DNA from: Spongospora subterranea f. sp. subterranea
Lineage: Eukaryota
DNA length: 64,000 nt
Assembly: GCA_049724395.1 (NCBI GenBank)
Contig: JAUGWO010000123.1
Location: forward strand, 1-64,000
Reading direction: 5' to 3'
Positions within the stretch are counted from its first letter, which is position 1; each line of letters begins with the position of its first letter. Positions 21,852 through 35,001 of the stretch are shown here, one piece after another. A program made the position numbers and the translations under genes. The notes below the pieces were generated by a model. It was given only the letters and a program-made list of their open reading frames with translations. It was not told where the DNA came from and ran no database searches.

Positions 21852-24514
21852 TTAGGACGATTGTTGCGATATATTGCATAAACAATAAGGTAAAGCGATT
21901 GACGATCTCGAGCACTTCTCATATTGGCCGAATTCCGTTTCTCTCCTGACCGTGTCCAACTTCCATATCGATCCGATCAGCTCGTACGGGACACCGCCCA
22001 GGTCGTCCGCCGACGAGTCGACCACCAGGAACGACGATTGCGCCAGTACGTGCCCGCGATACTCTAGCGCCACCGTGTACTGGCCCGTCGCCATCCCCAC
22101 GTCCAGCGGCCACAGGATGAACTGCGATCGGGCGGGATCCAGTCGCACATTGGCCCGGCTATAGGCCGACGACAGACTGAACGGACGGAATCGGCGACCG
22201 GATGGCGCCACCGCGTTATCGTAGATGGACAGGGTCGCCATCTGCGACTGCGGCGGTAACGTCCTGGGCGAAGCGCCAGGTCGCGTCTTGAGCAGGGCGT
22301 GGACCGGGGCGCCAATGGCGATGTCGACGATCCTGGTCGGGCCCGTGAATATTCGCTGATCGTCATTCCATCCCTGGCCCAGTTCGATGTCGATCTCCGG
22401 ATCGGGATCGGCGCGTTGCCGTAGAAGATACCCGGTGAAGATCTCGCTCCCGTTCAGCGACGTGCCGCCGCGATTGGTGGCCACCGAATCCGACGTCACC
22501 CACAGGCGGATGGCGATCCGGTCGTCGGACACCATATGGCCATCGTTGACGTCCTGATTGAGCCCTTCGACCTGATACGCCCCCGGCCACGATAATCGCA
22601 CCTGTTCGCACGATGGGCTGATCCGGGCGACCTCGTTCACAAACCAGATAATTCGGTGGACGAACACGCGATACAGCGCCTGGTTCAACTGTCTCCTTAC
22701 CATACACGCGCACGCTTTGTAATCGACATCGTATTCGGGTCCGATGACCGATGAGCAGTTGCGCCATGTCGGGATGCGCTCGGTGAACAGGTTCTGGGCG
22801 TTGGTCGGATCGGGCCCGGCGATCCACGATAGGGTCTTGTAGATATCCTGAGGGAACATCAGCCGATCCTGGTTCGCGACCCCGTTCCGAATTTGCTCGT
22901 CGGCGAGCTGTAATGCGTCGGGGATCGCCATGAACAGGAACGGGAGCTTGTACTCGAATATGCCGATATCGCTGGCCGCGTATGACCCATACCCTATCCC
23001 ATGATCCGACATCAAGACCAGCACCATCTTCGGATCCCGCTCCAGCACGCGCTCGACAAACACCTGATGCAAAGGATAATCAATGGTTGGCGGGGCAACC
23101 AACGCGCCAGAAACGACGAACCGATAAGGGCTTATCGAGGCTGGCTGCACGACGAGCACGAGGCTCATGACCTGTGTTTAATGACGATATTGATAGGAGC
23201 GGAAGATTGTGTTCATTGGAGACAGTGATCATCTGCTCGATTCGGTCGAACTCGATCTCCTCGATCGACGATCGCCCAACGCACAGGGCGTCGATGCCGC
23301 TGTCGGAGTAGAGGTGGCGCGGGTCGAAGGACGCCGCCGTCCGCAGCATCGGGTCGACCAGGGCGTAGAAGGCCCAGTCGGCCAGTACCCTGATCACGGC
23401 CATGATCTCGTCGGCCGTGGCGATTGGCGACACGATGTACTTGATGAGCGACGACGTCCACAATGGCCCGCTCTCGTCCATCAACGACGTCAGGTACCCA
23501 TGGCGCTTGAACACCATGAACAGGTTCTCCTGATCGACATGGCGCTGCACGCGGCTGACGTTGCCCTGATCCATCAGGTCGTGATTGTTGCGGTAAAGGC
23601 GGGACGGGATCCCTGTCAGGGTCGGCACGAAGTTGCCGGCCGTACCGATCCCGCCTGTACTGAATCGGGAGAACGACAGGATCCGATGACGGTGCCGGTT
23701 TTGTTGTTCGTGTTCTAGATCGGGGCCCCCGATCGACTCCAACACCTTGACCGTCTCGGGGAACTGGCGAATGAACTGCGGACGCGACACCGAATCGACC
23801 ATGATCAGAATCACCGATGGGCGATAGGGCAGGTGGCCAACGACCTCGCCCCGGACGCCGGCCGATAACGGCAACGGATCAGGCAAGAACACCCGCATGT
23901 GCATGTCGACCTGATCCAGCTCCAGGCACTTCAGAATGATCTGCTGGTGCTGGCGCGTTAGCTGCAACGACGTCGGGGTGGACAGATTGACGGACGGGCC
24001 AACAGAATGCCCATCCGATATGGTCATGGTCACCAGACCCGGACACGATTCCGATATCTCCAGAATATTAGTGGACCGGTTCATATATGAGAACTGGTGA
24101 GCGCCGTCGCCGCACGTGGACGGCGACGGCCCCGGCGATAAACCCGCCGTACTGCCCCAGACATGTTCGAGACCGGATAACGGGGTGAGGATCTCGGGAT
24201 TGCAGGCCAGATACGGTTTCGGGCTGGTATATGGGGCCAAAAGGCCATTGATGATCGCCCTGGAAACGGAAGGCTGCGTTGGCAGGAGATGGGGACGAGG
24301 GCGACAGTACGGGAAGGGAATCGGAGACGGGGACCTGGAACGATGACGACCTGTTGGACGAGGTGTGATATATGGGGATGACCGAAAGGATCACGGCAAT
24401 GTTGACGATCGCGGCCAGAATCGTGTGCAATGATTGGCGATAGCGACGGGGCGGTTGGGCGACGACAGGATGAGAATCGTATTCCGGATAGAACAGGATC
24501 TCGGTGTAGTCCAT
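21852..24514 (-). CDS. Type II membrane protein, DUF229/alkaline-phosphatase-sulfatase fold
   Basis: N-terminal TM; PSVILIMVDSVSRPQFIRQFPET; LMSDHG, YKLPFLFM, NQDRLMFPQDIYKTL. GT-AG intron at 23064-23121; probable 1-nt indel near 24240. Confidence 0.7.
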
Positions 24515-24699
24515 GGCGCGATGGAATCACCAAAGAGGCCCTGCAACTGAACCCCCAACCCCAGCAAAACTGCTGTGTTCCGGACCGGGTTCGGGGGTTC
24601 GGAGCGCGGAAGATATAGATTTATGGGAAGGGCGAGAAATTGGTGGAAAACTGACGCGAATCGGAGGGGAAATTGATACTGTATTTATTTGCGAAGAAC

Positions 24700-27600
24700 G
24701 AGTATTGAGGCGGTGAGATTGTATTACTAGCCAGTGAATAAGATGAAGCATATCGAGGCGTCTTGACCTGAATACAACAACATGAGATATTATCGGTGAT
24801 TGGGCCATAGATGGCGACATCGGTCAACCTGTACAGATAATCTGGCGGTCGTCATTACTCCATCTCACGAACCTGATATCGTTTAGTGGGACCAGGATAT
24901 CACTGACCGGTTCCAGACGCAGCGGGTCCTGGAACTCGTACACCACCACTAAATCATCACGGGTTTAGGAAAACTGGCCAGTTAAACGTTTGTCGGGTGA
25001 TGGTTGACCGTGATTTCTGCCTTGGCCAGCCACCAGAAAACGACCTGTGGACGATATGTCTATGGACGATACCGGTCCGATCGACTCCAGATTGAGGTCG
25101 TAGACCGCCTGGCTGATATCGATATCATATACGATAATGTGCCCATTACCGGTGCTGGTCACGATCTCGTGTTCTCCTGACGACACGATCAACGCACGAA
25201 CAGCAACGGCGGAGAATAGATTTCAACCTGACGGTCTCTGGCACATCTCTAGAAAAGAGCCGTTTCGTATCTGATGTCCGGCCAGAAAGACCTGGCGCTG
25301 ATAGTGGTAGGAGACCTGACGGCGGTCGGCTCCGATGGAGTGGATCACACCGGGCTGGTACGCATCGTAGAGTAGGGATATAACCGGGGACGTGTGCCCA
25401 ACATACTCCACGAGCATGGCCTTGCTGGCCCGGCTCCATATTCGGATGGCGCCTGCAGCACCAGATGGTGAGTGGGCCACTGGTCATAGCCCCTGGTCCA
25501 CACCTGAACTGGAGCCCGATATGGCGACCTGGTCCCCACACGCAGTGATACCAGTGACGGCGCCCCTGACCCCATGGACTATCTCCCAGTCTAACCGTCC
25601 CTCATTGATATGATACAGTCGCACTGACCCATCGTCCCATCCGGTGTACAAGTGCTCACTGGGGGCCGACGCGTGCAGGGCCGGCGGGGCCCATGACACC
25701 ATAGTCCCTGTGCGGTGTCACGTGTCAGTCACTGCTCGCAGATCCTTGGCGCTACTGTACCGGGTACGGGCCCTTGCACCTCTAGGATCACACTACAATC
25801 GCCAATATCGTATAAGATTAGACGACCTGTGGTGGTGATCATGGCCAGGATATGGTTCAATCGGGGAGGAAACGCCATGGAGGCCACAGGCTGCCCGGGG
25901 GAATTCGATATTGTCAACGCATGCAATTGCTGAGCGCTGACCCGCCCATTCAGATATCGGTCCCATGGCGCTATCGTGATCTGACCTATATCGGGAGATG
26001 ACCCCAATATTATTCCCCGATATGATCTCCGACCCGTCCGGGGATATATCAAGGCTGTTGATCTCCCCTTTCATCATGGCCTTAATCACATACTGCCATG
26101 ACTCCCCTGATCCCCTATATCGTGATATCGATCCGTCCCCACTATACCATCATCAACCATCACTTCCTCTCAATCTCCCCAGATCCATTTTACCCTCCAA
26201 AATACATATCCTCTTTATAAATCAGCAGTGAATAAATCCCTATTTTTGCATAGTTCATTCCCAATATGATTCACTCAACAGTTCCCGTTCATTACCTGCC
26301 GAACACACCTGAAAGCTAGTTTTGAACTGCCCATTGACGATATTGTATATTTGCGCATCCCCAACCTGGCACAGTTTAACAACACTCAAGAACCCGATCG
26401 AGTTTCATTTACCTTGGTGCCGCAAATCAGATATTGTCTCGATGGATCCAATGCGCAACACGTATAGGATCTGATTAGGGCGCCACGTCCTGGCATTTCA
26501 CACCTGAAACCCATTGAGTTTTGAAGAGGATACATCAACGACCACAAACGATAACCGTTTGATCTTCATATCGTAGAGCATCGTCTTGATATCGTAGTCG
26601 AACGCGTAAATCTGAACGCCATTCTGAACAAGCGGTACCATGATTTGTTGAATCACACAAGCCCATGGCGATAATTGATGAACAAACCTGAACACATGCG
26701 TACAGAGTGTAGGATGGATGCCGACGAGAGCGTGTTGTCGATGGAGACGTTGAGCCAAAGACCATAGCCGTAATCTGATGACGCGGGGACGCCATTACTA
26801 ATTTCAGTGGTGAGATCTGTGTTCAAGGGAATGAATCAAGGCGGAACTGCACCTAGATCGCCCGATATGATCTCCCATATCGCTAATGTGTTCTTGTCGG
26901 TAAGGCAAACGAGCCATCTCTCGTCCTCCGATATCGACAATATCCGCACGAACTCCCCGTTATATCCTGCTGAATCAATCGGCAACCGGTTGCGATTGAA
27001 GGCGCCTTTGCCTGATACCGAAACGGGACAGTTCAATACGGCGGTTGAGATCCCAAAGACATATCGGCGAATCCGATGCGGACGCCTGATGATGAGAAGC
27101 CATCTCTCCGGTGGCCATCAACTGACCCGACGACGACCTACGCCAACCGGTCAGGCCGAGCGACGGGCGATATGACATGGTTTTACCTACAGGGACATTG
27201 CCGAGATATCGTGACGATGACCGTGAAGGATCGTCTGTTGGGTGGAGTCGGCCATGCTGGCGATAACGATGACTGTTGGGAAAGCGGACGATGGGCGATC
27301 GAGCGGTTATGGCCACAAAAACTATGGGCCCATCCATACCTTGGCCGATTGGGTATATGATCGTATCTGATGATCGGGGATAGTACGACACCGTCGATGG
27401 ATATGCGCCATGATACCCCATCATCGTCAACAGCTGCAAATGACGCCCGGTCGAGGAAATCGCCAGCTTGCCTTCGTCGGTTTCGCCAGCTGGCGAAGCC
27501 CCCTTCGTGCATTGCGGAGCGGATGGCGACAACGGCTCATCGTTTCCGAATACCTGGCGGTGATGGCCAACAGCACCAGCACGAGATCTCCCTGATTTGA

Positions 27601-27703
27601 TCCCAGCCCGGTTCATTATCCCCGGCGACAGGTTAGTTTGGCCACAAGTGCAGTCTGTCAAGTGTTGGACTGGAGTTGGCCGCCCATCAGTGACCAGCTG
27701 CAT
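24700..27703 (-). CDS. Multi-exon WD40 protein, CFAP52/WDR16-like; boundaries approximate
   Basis: LQLLTMMGYHG...IIYPIG N-terminus, WD motifs (ICLWDL, LAIWEI, TGWDDGSVRLY, GAIRIWS, INSLDISPDG) and several short GT-AG introns. Confidence 0.65.
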
Positions 27704-28884
27704 GGACCCGGGGTCATCGCTTCATTCACAGGCGATATATATCAAGACCTGCCCTTCCTCTCCCATTTCTCAACGAGCACAGACGAATGTGGAAGTTTCT
27801 CGACTCGGATTTGAATGCGTTTGTCAACTCCGAACAAGTTTGACCCATAGTTGACCCCCACGATCACACACAGAGACACCTCTGCTCTCCTAAACAGTAA
27901 ACCGACACTACTCAACAATTTGCTAACCATGGATTTAAGCTGACTGACATTCAGGCGCTAACCTCCCACCCTCGTCCAAACGATGTGCTCCAGTCATGTC
28001 GCCGGACCACAGGATGACTCCCGATCAAGAAAATGGTATTCGCTCAAGAAGCAGCTCTTCATGCCGTCCAAGCTGAAGAACGCAAACGATCACGAGAAGA
28101 GAGAGAGACAACGCTATCCGCAACTATGATTGGTGACTTATGGAGACATTTGATCGAAAAGGAGGCGTCAAACGACTCCACAGGACGACGACGCGTCCCA
28201 AAACTGTTTCAGGTCGGAAAACATTAACCAAGAAAGGCAGATCAAATCTGTTGAGATAGTATTGATGATTTTATTTGAAATCGGTTAAACCCTCTGGGGG
28301 TTCAACGAGCCTGGATAATACTGGTAAATGAGGAAAGTCATCGGTTCAGCGGCGTGCTGAGCTGCGGGTGATGGACTTCAGCGTTTGGGCCAGGATGGCC
28401 AGGGGTGATCTTGCAGTTGACAGCAGTGAGTGCGGTTGGGTCCACTTCCATCCTTCTTTTGGGGTGTTTTTTTCAGGCCACCTCTGCTGACGACTCCAGG
28501 ACCAATCAAACTGAAACGACCCATTCGAAAAGGGGGAGGGCCAATGCTCTTTGGATGAATTTTTCTAATTGAGAATTATAGCTGACACTACTTGATTGTC
28601 TAACGAGTTCGCCAGAAATTTGCTTGAGAAAACCACCGGTGCGGTCTGCTGTTTCCATAACCAAAACCAAAATGATCGATAAAATGGAGCAATACTTGTT
28701 GTAATTGTAACGGATTTGCAGATTGATTGATCGATCTGGTCGTTTCTGGCTCTCTGGAATATCTCTGGATATTTTCAATCGTGTATTGGATAGTCTGCCG
28801 GTATTTAGGGGGGTGGGCTCCACATCGCCCTCACAAATATCTACTACTCATATCTGCGATTGATACAATGACCATCATCGTGAT

Positions 28885-29872
28885 ATGAAGGAAACCGGGG
28901 CCATTGCAGTCATAATTGTGGTCGCCATATATGGCGTCGTGGCGGGTGGTTTCCCATCGTCGTTCACGTTCCGAGGAAACGAGACGATCCCGATGAGGAT
29001 TTCGTGCGGATCCCCATTGACCACAACAACATTTCCATCTGCCACTCGATCTCGTTTGACGTCGACGAGCGCCTCGATCCCTTCGACCGCTCTATCGCCA
29101 CCGTATTCTCGCGCGTCTTCCAGTTCCGCTCCCGGTTCCTCTCTCGCCCCCTCCGCTTCATTTCGCAGCTCTTTCCAGCTCCTCATTCAGCTCTTCAAGT
29201 TCGTCTTTGAGCCCTTCGATCTTGTCTTTAAGCTCTTGGAGTTCGTATCTCAGCCGTTCCAGTTCTTCTCGTGGTTCCTCTGTCAGTTCCTCAGGCGGCT
29301 CCTCCAGCAGTCCCTCCAGTTGGTCTGGCAGTTTTTCCAGTTCCTCCGACTCTTCCTCTATCCCATCATCATCTGTTCTAACCGATCCCCCCAATTCCTC
29401 CATCGTCATCTCGTCTATCGACCTCGTCTTATACGGTCAGCCCCTATACTCTCCACAACACCATAACTACAGCAATAACCCTCTATGCTATGGCCAATCC
29501 CCTAATATTAAGCCATATATCCAATCCCAGTGCCTATACAAATCGTCATGTTCTATAACGCCATCCGATACCCGATTCCCATTGACGACCTGTTCCACCT
29601 CCGGTCCCCACTATCTCATCGTCCAATTAACCTGCTCATATTCCTCCCCGAAACCCAATCCATTACGGGCCACTCTATCCACCCCATACTCCCCCGTCCG
29701 ATTCTTCGTCATATTCGGCCTCTGCGCCCTCGCCATCGCCCTCGTCTTCCTGGTCATGATCCCTCGCGCCAGGCGGATCGCCAAGAAGACCAGGGCGACC
29801 ATCGACTACAATCATATGATGGTTCATGGCTATGACCCAACGTTACAAGTCTATATCGGACAAGTCATGTGA
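28885..29872 (+). CDS. Single-pass membrane protein with signal peptide, Ser/Thr-rich region and SUEL/Gal-lectin-like domain
   Basis: Hydrophobic N-terminus; LYG...C...QSQCLYKSSCSI...C...YLIVQLTC; TM FFVIFGLCALAIALVFLVMI. ORFs 28885 and 29207 are joined by a probable 1-nt indel near 29172. Confidence 0.65.
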
Positions 29873-30271
29873 ATGTTGGTCCTGACCGCGGGTAACGTGG
29901 GTCGTGTCAGCGCCAGACAATTGAGGGTGTGACGGGCAGAGCGGTGCCGGGTCGGGTAACGTGATCAGGTGCCGGGGACGTGTCGCCACACGAGTCAACC
30001 CGAATCTATCTATAGATAGTGTCTGTTCCAGTATGTAGCTTTAGCTGGCTTAACTGACCGAATTCACATGGCGACAACCAATTCAACTCAATGATCGGCG
30101 GTAAAAGCCGTCAACTCCATCATCATCGTCACGACCAATAAATTCTAGATGGTGATTATCATCTCTTATTCAAAGACCCAGAATTTAAACCATTTCGATT
30201 CGTTTTTTGAGTCAGTTTTGATACAAAACATCGAAATTTTCAATCTATGTGGTAAACGAGGTCCCGCCCCT

Positions 30272-31075
30272 CTATGCAGCTGCAGGGAATATATCCTCTC
30301 TTTTGACCAGATCACTGTACCCGCCAATGTGTTGCCCGTTCACGAATATCTGTGGGACCTTGTCCTCGCCGGCCACGCCGCGCAGGGCGCTGGTCTTGAA
30401 GTCCTTCCCCATAACCACTTCCTCGTACTCGAGCTTCTTGTCGTCCAGCCAGCGTTTGGCCTTGAAGCAGATCGGACAGTCGTCCCGCGTGAATATCGTG
30501 ATACTCGGAGGGAGATGGATTTCCCCATCATGAAGATAACGCAGCACAGAATCGGCACTGGAAACCTGTGAAAACCAACAAAATTATTCCTCGAAAAACG
30601 CAATGACAACGAGTGATCTGACGCCATATGGATCTCCACCAATGTCAGGCTCCGCTAAGATCTTGTCGATAATTCCGTCGCGAGCCACCATGGCGTAGCG
30701 ACGGGAACGGTGACCGAACCCCAGATCGGATTTATCCAACAACATGTTCATCGATTTCGTGAACAATCCGTTCCCGTCCGATAGGAACATGAAATCGGGG
30801 TCGTCGATGGCGAACGACGATTGCCACGCTTTCATGACATAGGCGTCGTTCACGCTGATACACACAATCCGGTCGATATCCAGGCCCTTGAACCAGCGAA
30901 ACAGGGTGTGGAATCGGGGGACGTGGAACCCGGTACACGTCGGCGTGAACGCGCCAGGAACGGCGAACACCACAACGGATTTGCCCGCGAATATGTCGCG
31001 GGTCGATAGTTTCACCAATGAGGCATCGCGAACCGAATAGAACGACCCCTGGGGAATTGGCTCGCCTTCCGTCAT
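30272..31075 (-). CDS. Hybrid peroxiredoxin-5/glutaredoxin (PGdx-like)
   Basis: PGAFTPTC, SVNDAYVM and SRRYAM (Prx5), plus CPIC, VPQIF and IGGYSDL (Grx). Removing a phase-0 57-bp GT-AG intron (30566-30622) gives DPYG|VSSADSVLRYL. Confidence 0.92.
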
Positions 31076-31204
31076 CAGATGAACGGAAATGAATGAATTA
31101 CTTTCCGGGGACCGGAGGACGGGCGAAAAAACGCGATGAATTGGGGAAAAAACTGAAACGGCGTTGAATTGTTGGAGGAAAATGGATTATATTAGGAGCT
31201 TATG

Positions 31205-32850
31205 TTAGGGAGATGATGATGAAGGAATCCTGATCATCGTGATGAGGTAGCGGTGTAGGCCGGCGGCGCAGACTTGCTGCGACATTGCGATCGGGCGAAG
31301 ATCAGGATGGGCCGGCAAATTCGACTCGTGGAAATCGGCGCCGGCCGGCAGCAGATAGACGAGACGAGCGCCTGACAGGACGGGGGATTCAGCGATCGAC
31401 AAACGTGAGACGAGAGATAAAACGACGATTTCTTTCACCTATACGAAGATGGCGAGCGGAGAACGCCAGTAGATCGGTCATGACGTCGTCAACAGGATAC
31501 GCACGGGTCGGAGGATGATGGCTGTTCCAACTGAAAAAAAACATAGGTCGGCCGTGGCGTTGTCACAACGGAAACATTTCCCCCAGATCCTACAATTGGG
31601 CGTCGACCGTCTTCCCGCTGACCCGTTCCCGGTCCGATCCGCTCCTTCTCGCTCTGCGAGAACAAACAGTCAGGTCGCCGTCGATCGTGGGCAGGAACCC
31701 GCAGATCTTACCCGGCGCGAATACCATATGGAGGATCGGTCACGATCCCGTCTAGTTGCATCGATCCCCTCCAAACCTGAATTCAGAAAGCCGATGGGCG
31801 TTTTCTTCCGAGACATTCACGGAAACCGTTCAGACCGGAATGGAAATATCAGCGCGGACGATGTCGCCACGAGGCAGATGGTATTGCGAGAAATTCGACC
31901 TGATAGCGATGAACGATCGGGATCGAAAAAAGGATCTGAGAAAAAAAGTACCGGTAATTGACGCCGCCTTTCCCATGGACCACATTCCAGTCGATGTCGT
32001 TGCCGAATACGACGGCGCCGAACGCGGCGCAGGCGATGAGGAGCGAGCCGGTGCCGGCGAACGGGTCCATAATCAACGACGCGGCCGTCGCCTGGACCTG
32101 GTTGGCCATGAGCTGGGCCAGCTGCGCGTCGGTCGATGTGGGCCCGATGTAGACGCGCGTCTTCAGCGAATATTCCAGCGAATGGGGACGAATCGACAAC
32201 AGACGCGCGAAGAAGCATCGCCTCAAACCGCGCTCGCGATCGCCATCGTCAAATCCTGTGGCACGTTTGAACAGAACAAACGCGGTTGAAAATCAGGAGA
32301 TTTCACCGTAATCGCAGTAAATCGTGAACTGAATATCGGGATCGCGTAATCTGATCGGATTGGGGAAGTTGAGGGATTTCATGAAATCGCCAACGATCAG
32401 GCGCGATTCCGATTCAGGGAGTTTCTTGCCGAAGGTTTTGAATCGGATGCAGAGGGATTGGTTCGGGGCCGGTGACGACGACGGGGTCCGAGCGAGGAAC
32501 GCGACGGCCTCGTCGAGGAGATGGCGATACGATATCGTCGACGACGCCCATAATCGCGATATGTTCTCGATCAGGACCGCCCTGGCGCAGATCGATTGGC
32601 AGACGCCGTCGTCGGGCAACGACACGACCAGATATGGACAGTCCTGAATATACGGGGGGTCAGACGCGATGTGTTGTCGGCGATTGGATTCCGCGACCTG
32701 ATCGAGTTGATCTGGGAGTTGAACGGTGTCGATATCGAACAGATTGAACAGCGATTTCACTTCCTGTAGGCGGAAATCGCCATAGTGTTTGATATCGGGC
32801 GTCGCCAACCAGATGATGTACAAGGGACGATCGTCATCGCAGGACGGCAT
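31205..32850 (-). CDS. TRM11: tRNA (guanine-10-N2) methyltransferase catalytic subunit, multi-exon
   Basis: FRLQEVKSL, ICARAVLI, YIGPTSTDAQL, MDPFAGTGS, DPPYGIR region, LHRYLITM. Confidence 0.85.
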
Positions 32851-33395
32851 TGATCGCCCCCCTTCAATTTTCAGATTTCGCCCACAGGCCCAAGTTGGGC
32901 GCGACCAGCTCACGGACTCCGTCGCGGACAATTGCACACTCATCGCCAACGGAATGTGATCCGGAGAACAACTTGGCTTGGTGTGGTTTATCAGAACTGC
33001 GATATCAACTTAAGAGCAAATGACTTCCAGAACCAATCCGTTTTCAGTTTGATGTTCTAAACTTGATCATAAAATTGGAAATTGATTTTTCCAAGTAACG
33101 AATTTTCATTTTAATTCCCTAAATACGACAGGAAAACAAAAACAATGATTCGCAACGATGAGGGTCGACGCTCTTTAAAACCTGATCAAGTGGGTTCAAC
33201 GACGAGAGGGTGTTGATGGAATATCCACAAAACCTGTGGGATTGTACGGATTTTGAACGGTTGAAATCGCAAATCAGGGATTAAACCAGAGATAGAGAGA
33301 GATAATCTCATCGATATATTCTGTGCGATCAAACGACAATTTCTGTGATGTTTCTACAGTAATTGTAATATCGTTTACGAAAGTTGGTGTGTGTA

Positions 33396-35001
33396 TTACA
33401 TTTGCGGGCTTCCCTGATTGGGCAATCCTTCGCTCTTGGGATTACGAACCGTCTCGTCCACCGAAAGGATGACCAGGGCCGCCTCGGTCGCCGCCGCCAG
33501 CGCGTTCTGCTTAATCAGCGCCGGTTCCCAGATGAACGCCTTGAACGCATCCAACGTGCCCTGATTGTCGACGTCAACGCCCTCCCACGTCATTCCCTGA
33601 GCGTGTGCCGCCCGTAATTCCGACACGACCTCGGTTGCATCGAACCCGGCGTTTTGCGCCAACTGCCGCGGGATGCATTCCAGCGCTCGAGCGTAGGCCG
33701 CCATGATCAACTGCTGCTTGCCCTTAATCGTCGACGCGTGTTCGCGAATCGACCGCGACAGCTGCATTTCGATCGAACCGGCGCCTCCGACGACGGACTG
33801 GTGCTGGAGCGTTCTCTTGACGATCATGATGGCGTCGTGGAGGGATCGTTCGGTCTCGGCGATGAACTGTTCGGCGCCACCGCGTAGGATCAGGGTCGCC
33901 GTCTTGGCGGTCGGGCAGCCCGTGAACACGTTGTACCGTTCGCTGCCGATCTGGCGCTCCTCGAACTGCTGGCAGTGGCCCAAGACGTCGGCGGACAGGT
34001 CCTGGAGCGAGGTCTGGAGCTTCGCCCCGGTCGCCTGGCAGACGCGCTTCAGGTCGGCGTCTGGGACGCGTCCGCTGCAGTGCAGGTCGCGGTCGGCGAA
34101 GAACTGTGTGGCTAGGTCGCCAAATCGGCAGACGCGACAGGATAATGTTGGCGCCAGATGCGGCGATCAGCTCCAGTTTATCGTAGATGATCTTCCACTC
34201 AGCATCGACGATCGACTGATACTGGTCCGGGTTGCTGATGCGAACTTCGGCGTTCTCCTTCTCGGATTTCAACTCCAGCTCGACGTTCAGGACGACAACC
34301 TTGCCACCGGCGAACTGCTTCGGCTGCTGTTCGAACCCGGCGTAGGAGAAGGTCTTCTTGAAGGCGACGCCCTTGATCAATAGCGAATCGGTGACACTTC
34401 CGCCGGCGACTTTCTTCATTCCGATCAGGTCGAGGTCGATCTGTTTCGGGTCCAGCGACAGGACGGCGTCCACGACCAGCGGGGCGAAGAACGTCTTGTA
34501 ATCGCCGATCAGTTTCGAGTTGAGCGACGTCTGCGCGCAGTTCTCCAGCATCACCCGGCGCTCGCTCCCTTCTTGGTTGAAGTTGACGGCCAACTTGGCG
34601 ATAACGGCCAGGGCGTGATTAAGGGCGGCGCGGTACCCTCGCATGATGACCTGCGGGTGGACACCGTCCTCGATGAAGGGTTTGGCCTGTTTCAGGAAGG
34701 CGGCCGACAGTAGACAGACCGAGGTCGTCCCATCGCCGACTTCGTCGTCCTGTGATCTGGCGACATCGACGAGCGTCTTGGCGGCCGGATGGACAATATC
34801 TAATAGTTTGATGATCGTAGCGCCATCGTTGCTGATCGTGACTCCGGATTTCGAGTGGATCAGTTTGTCCATTCCCCGCGGGCCCAATGTCGTCCCTAAT
34901 ATGTCGACGACGGCCTGAACGGCGTTGATATTGGATATGAGCTGGGGACGGCCCTGGGACACGTCCGTACCCGACTTCAATAGGATGATAGTCGGTTGCA
35001 T
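33396..35001 (-). CDS. CCT7: T-complex protein 1 subunit eta
   Basis: [70 protein letters not shown]. One extra base at ~34122-34124 breaks [15 protein letters not shown]. Confidence 0.95.

Noticed and set aside
28875..29409. Glu/Leu-rich coiled-coil ORFs on the minus strand
   Set aside because: Antisense shadow of the Ser codons of the plus-strand lectin gene.
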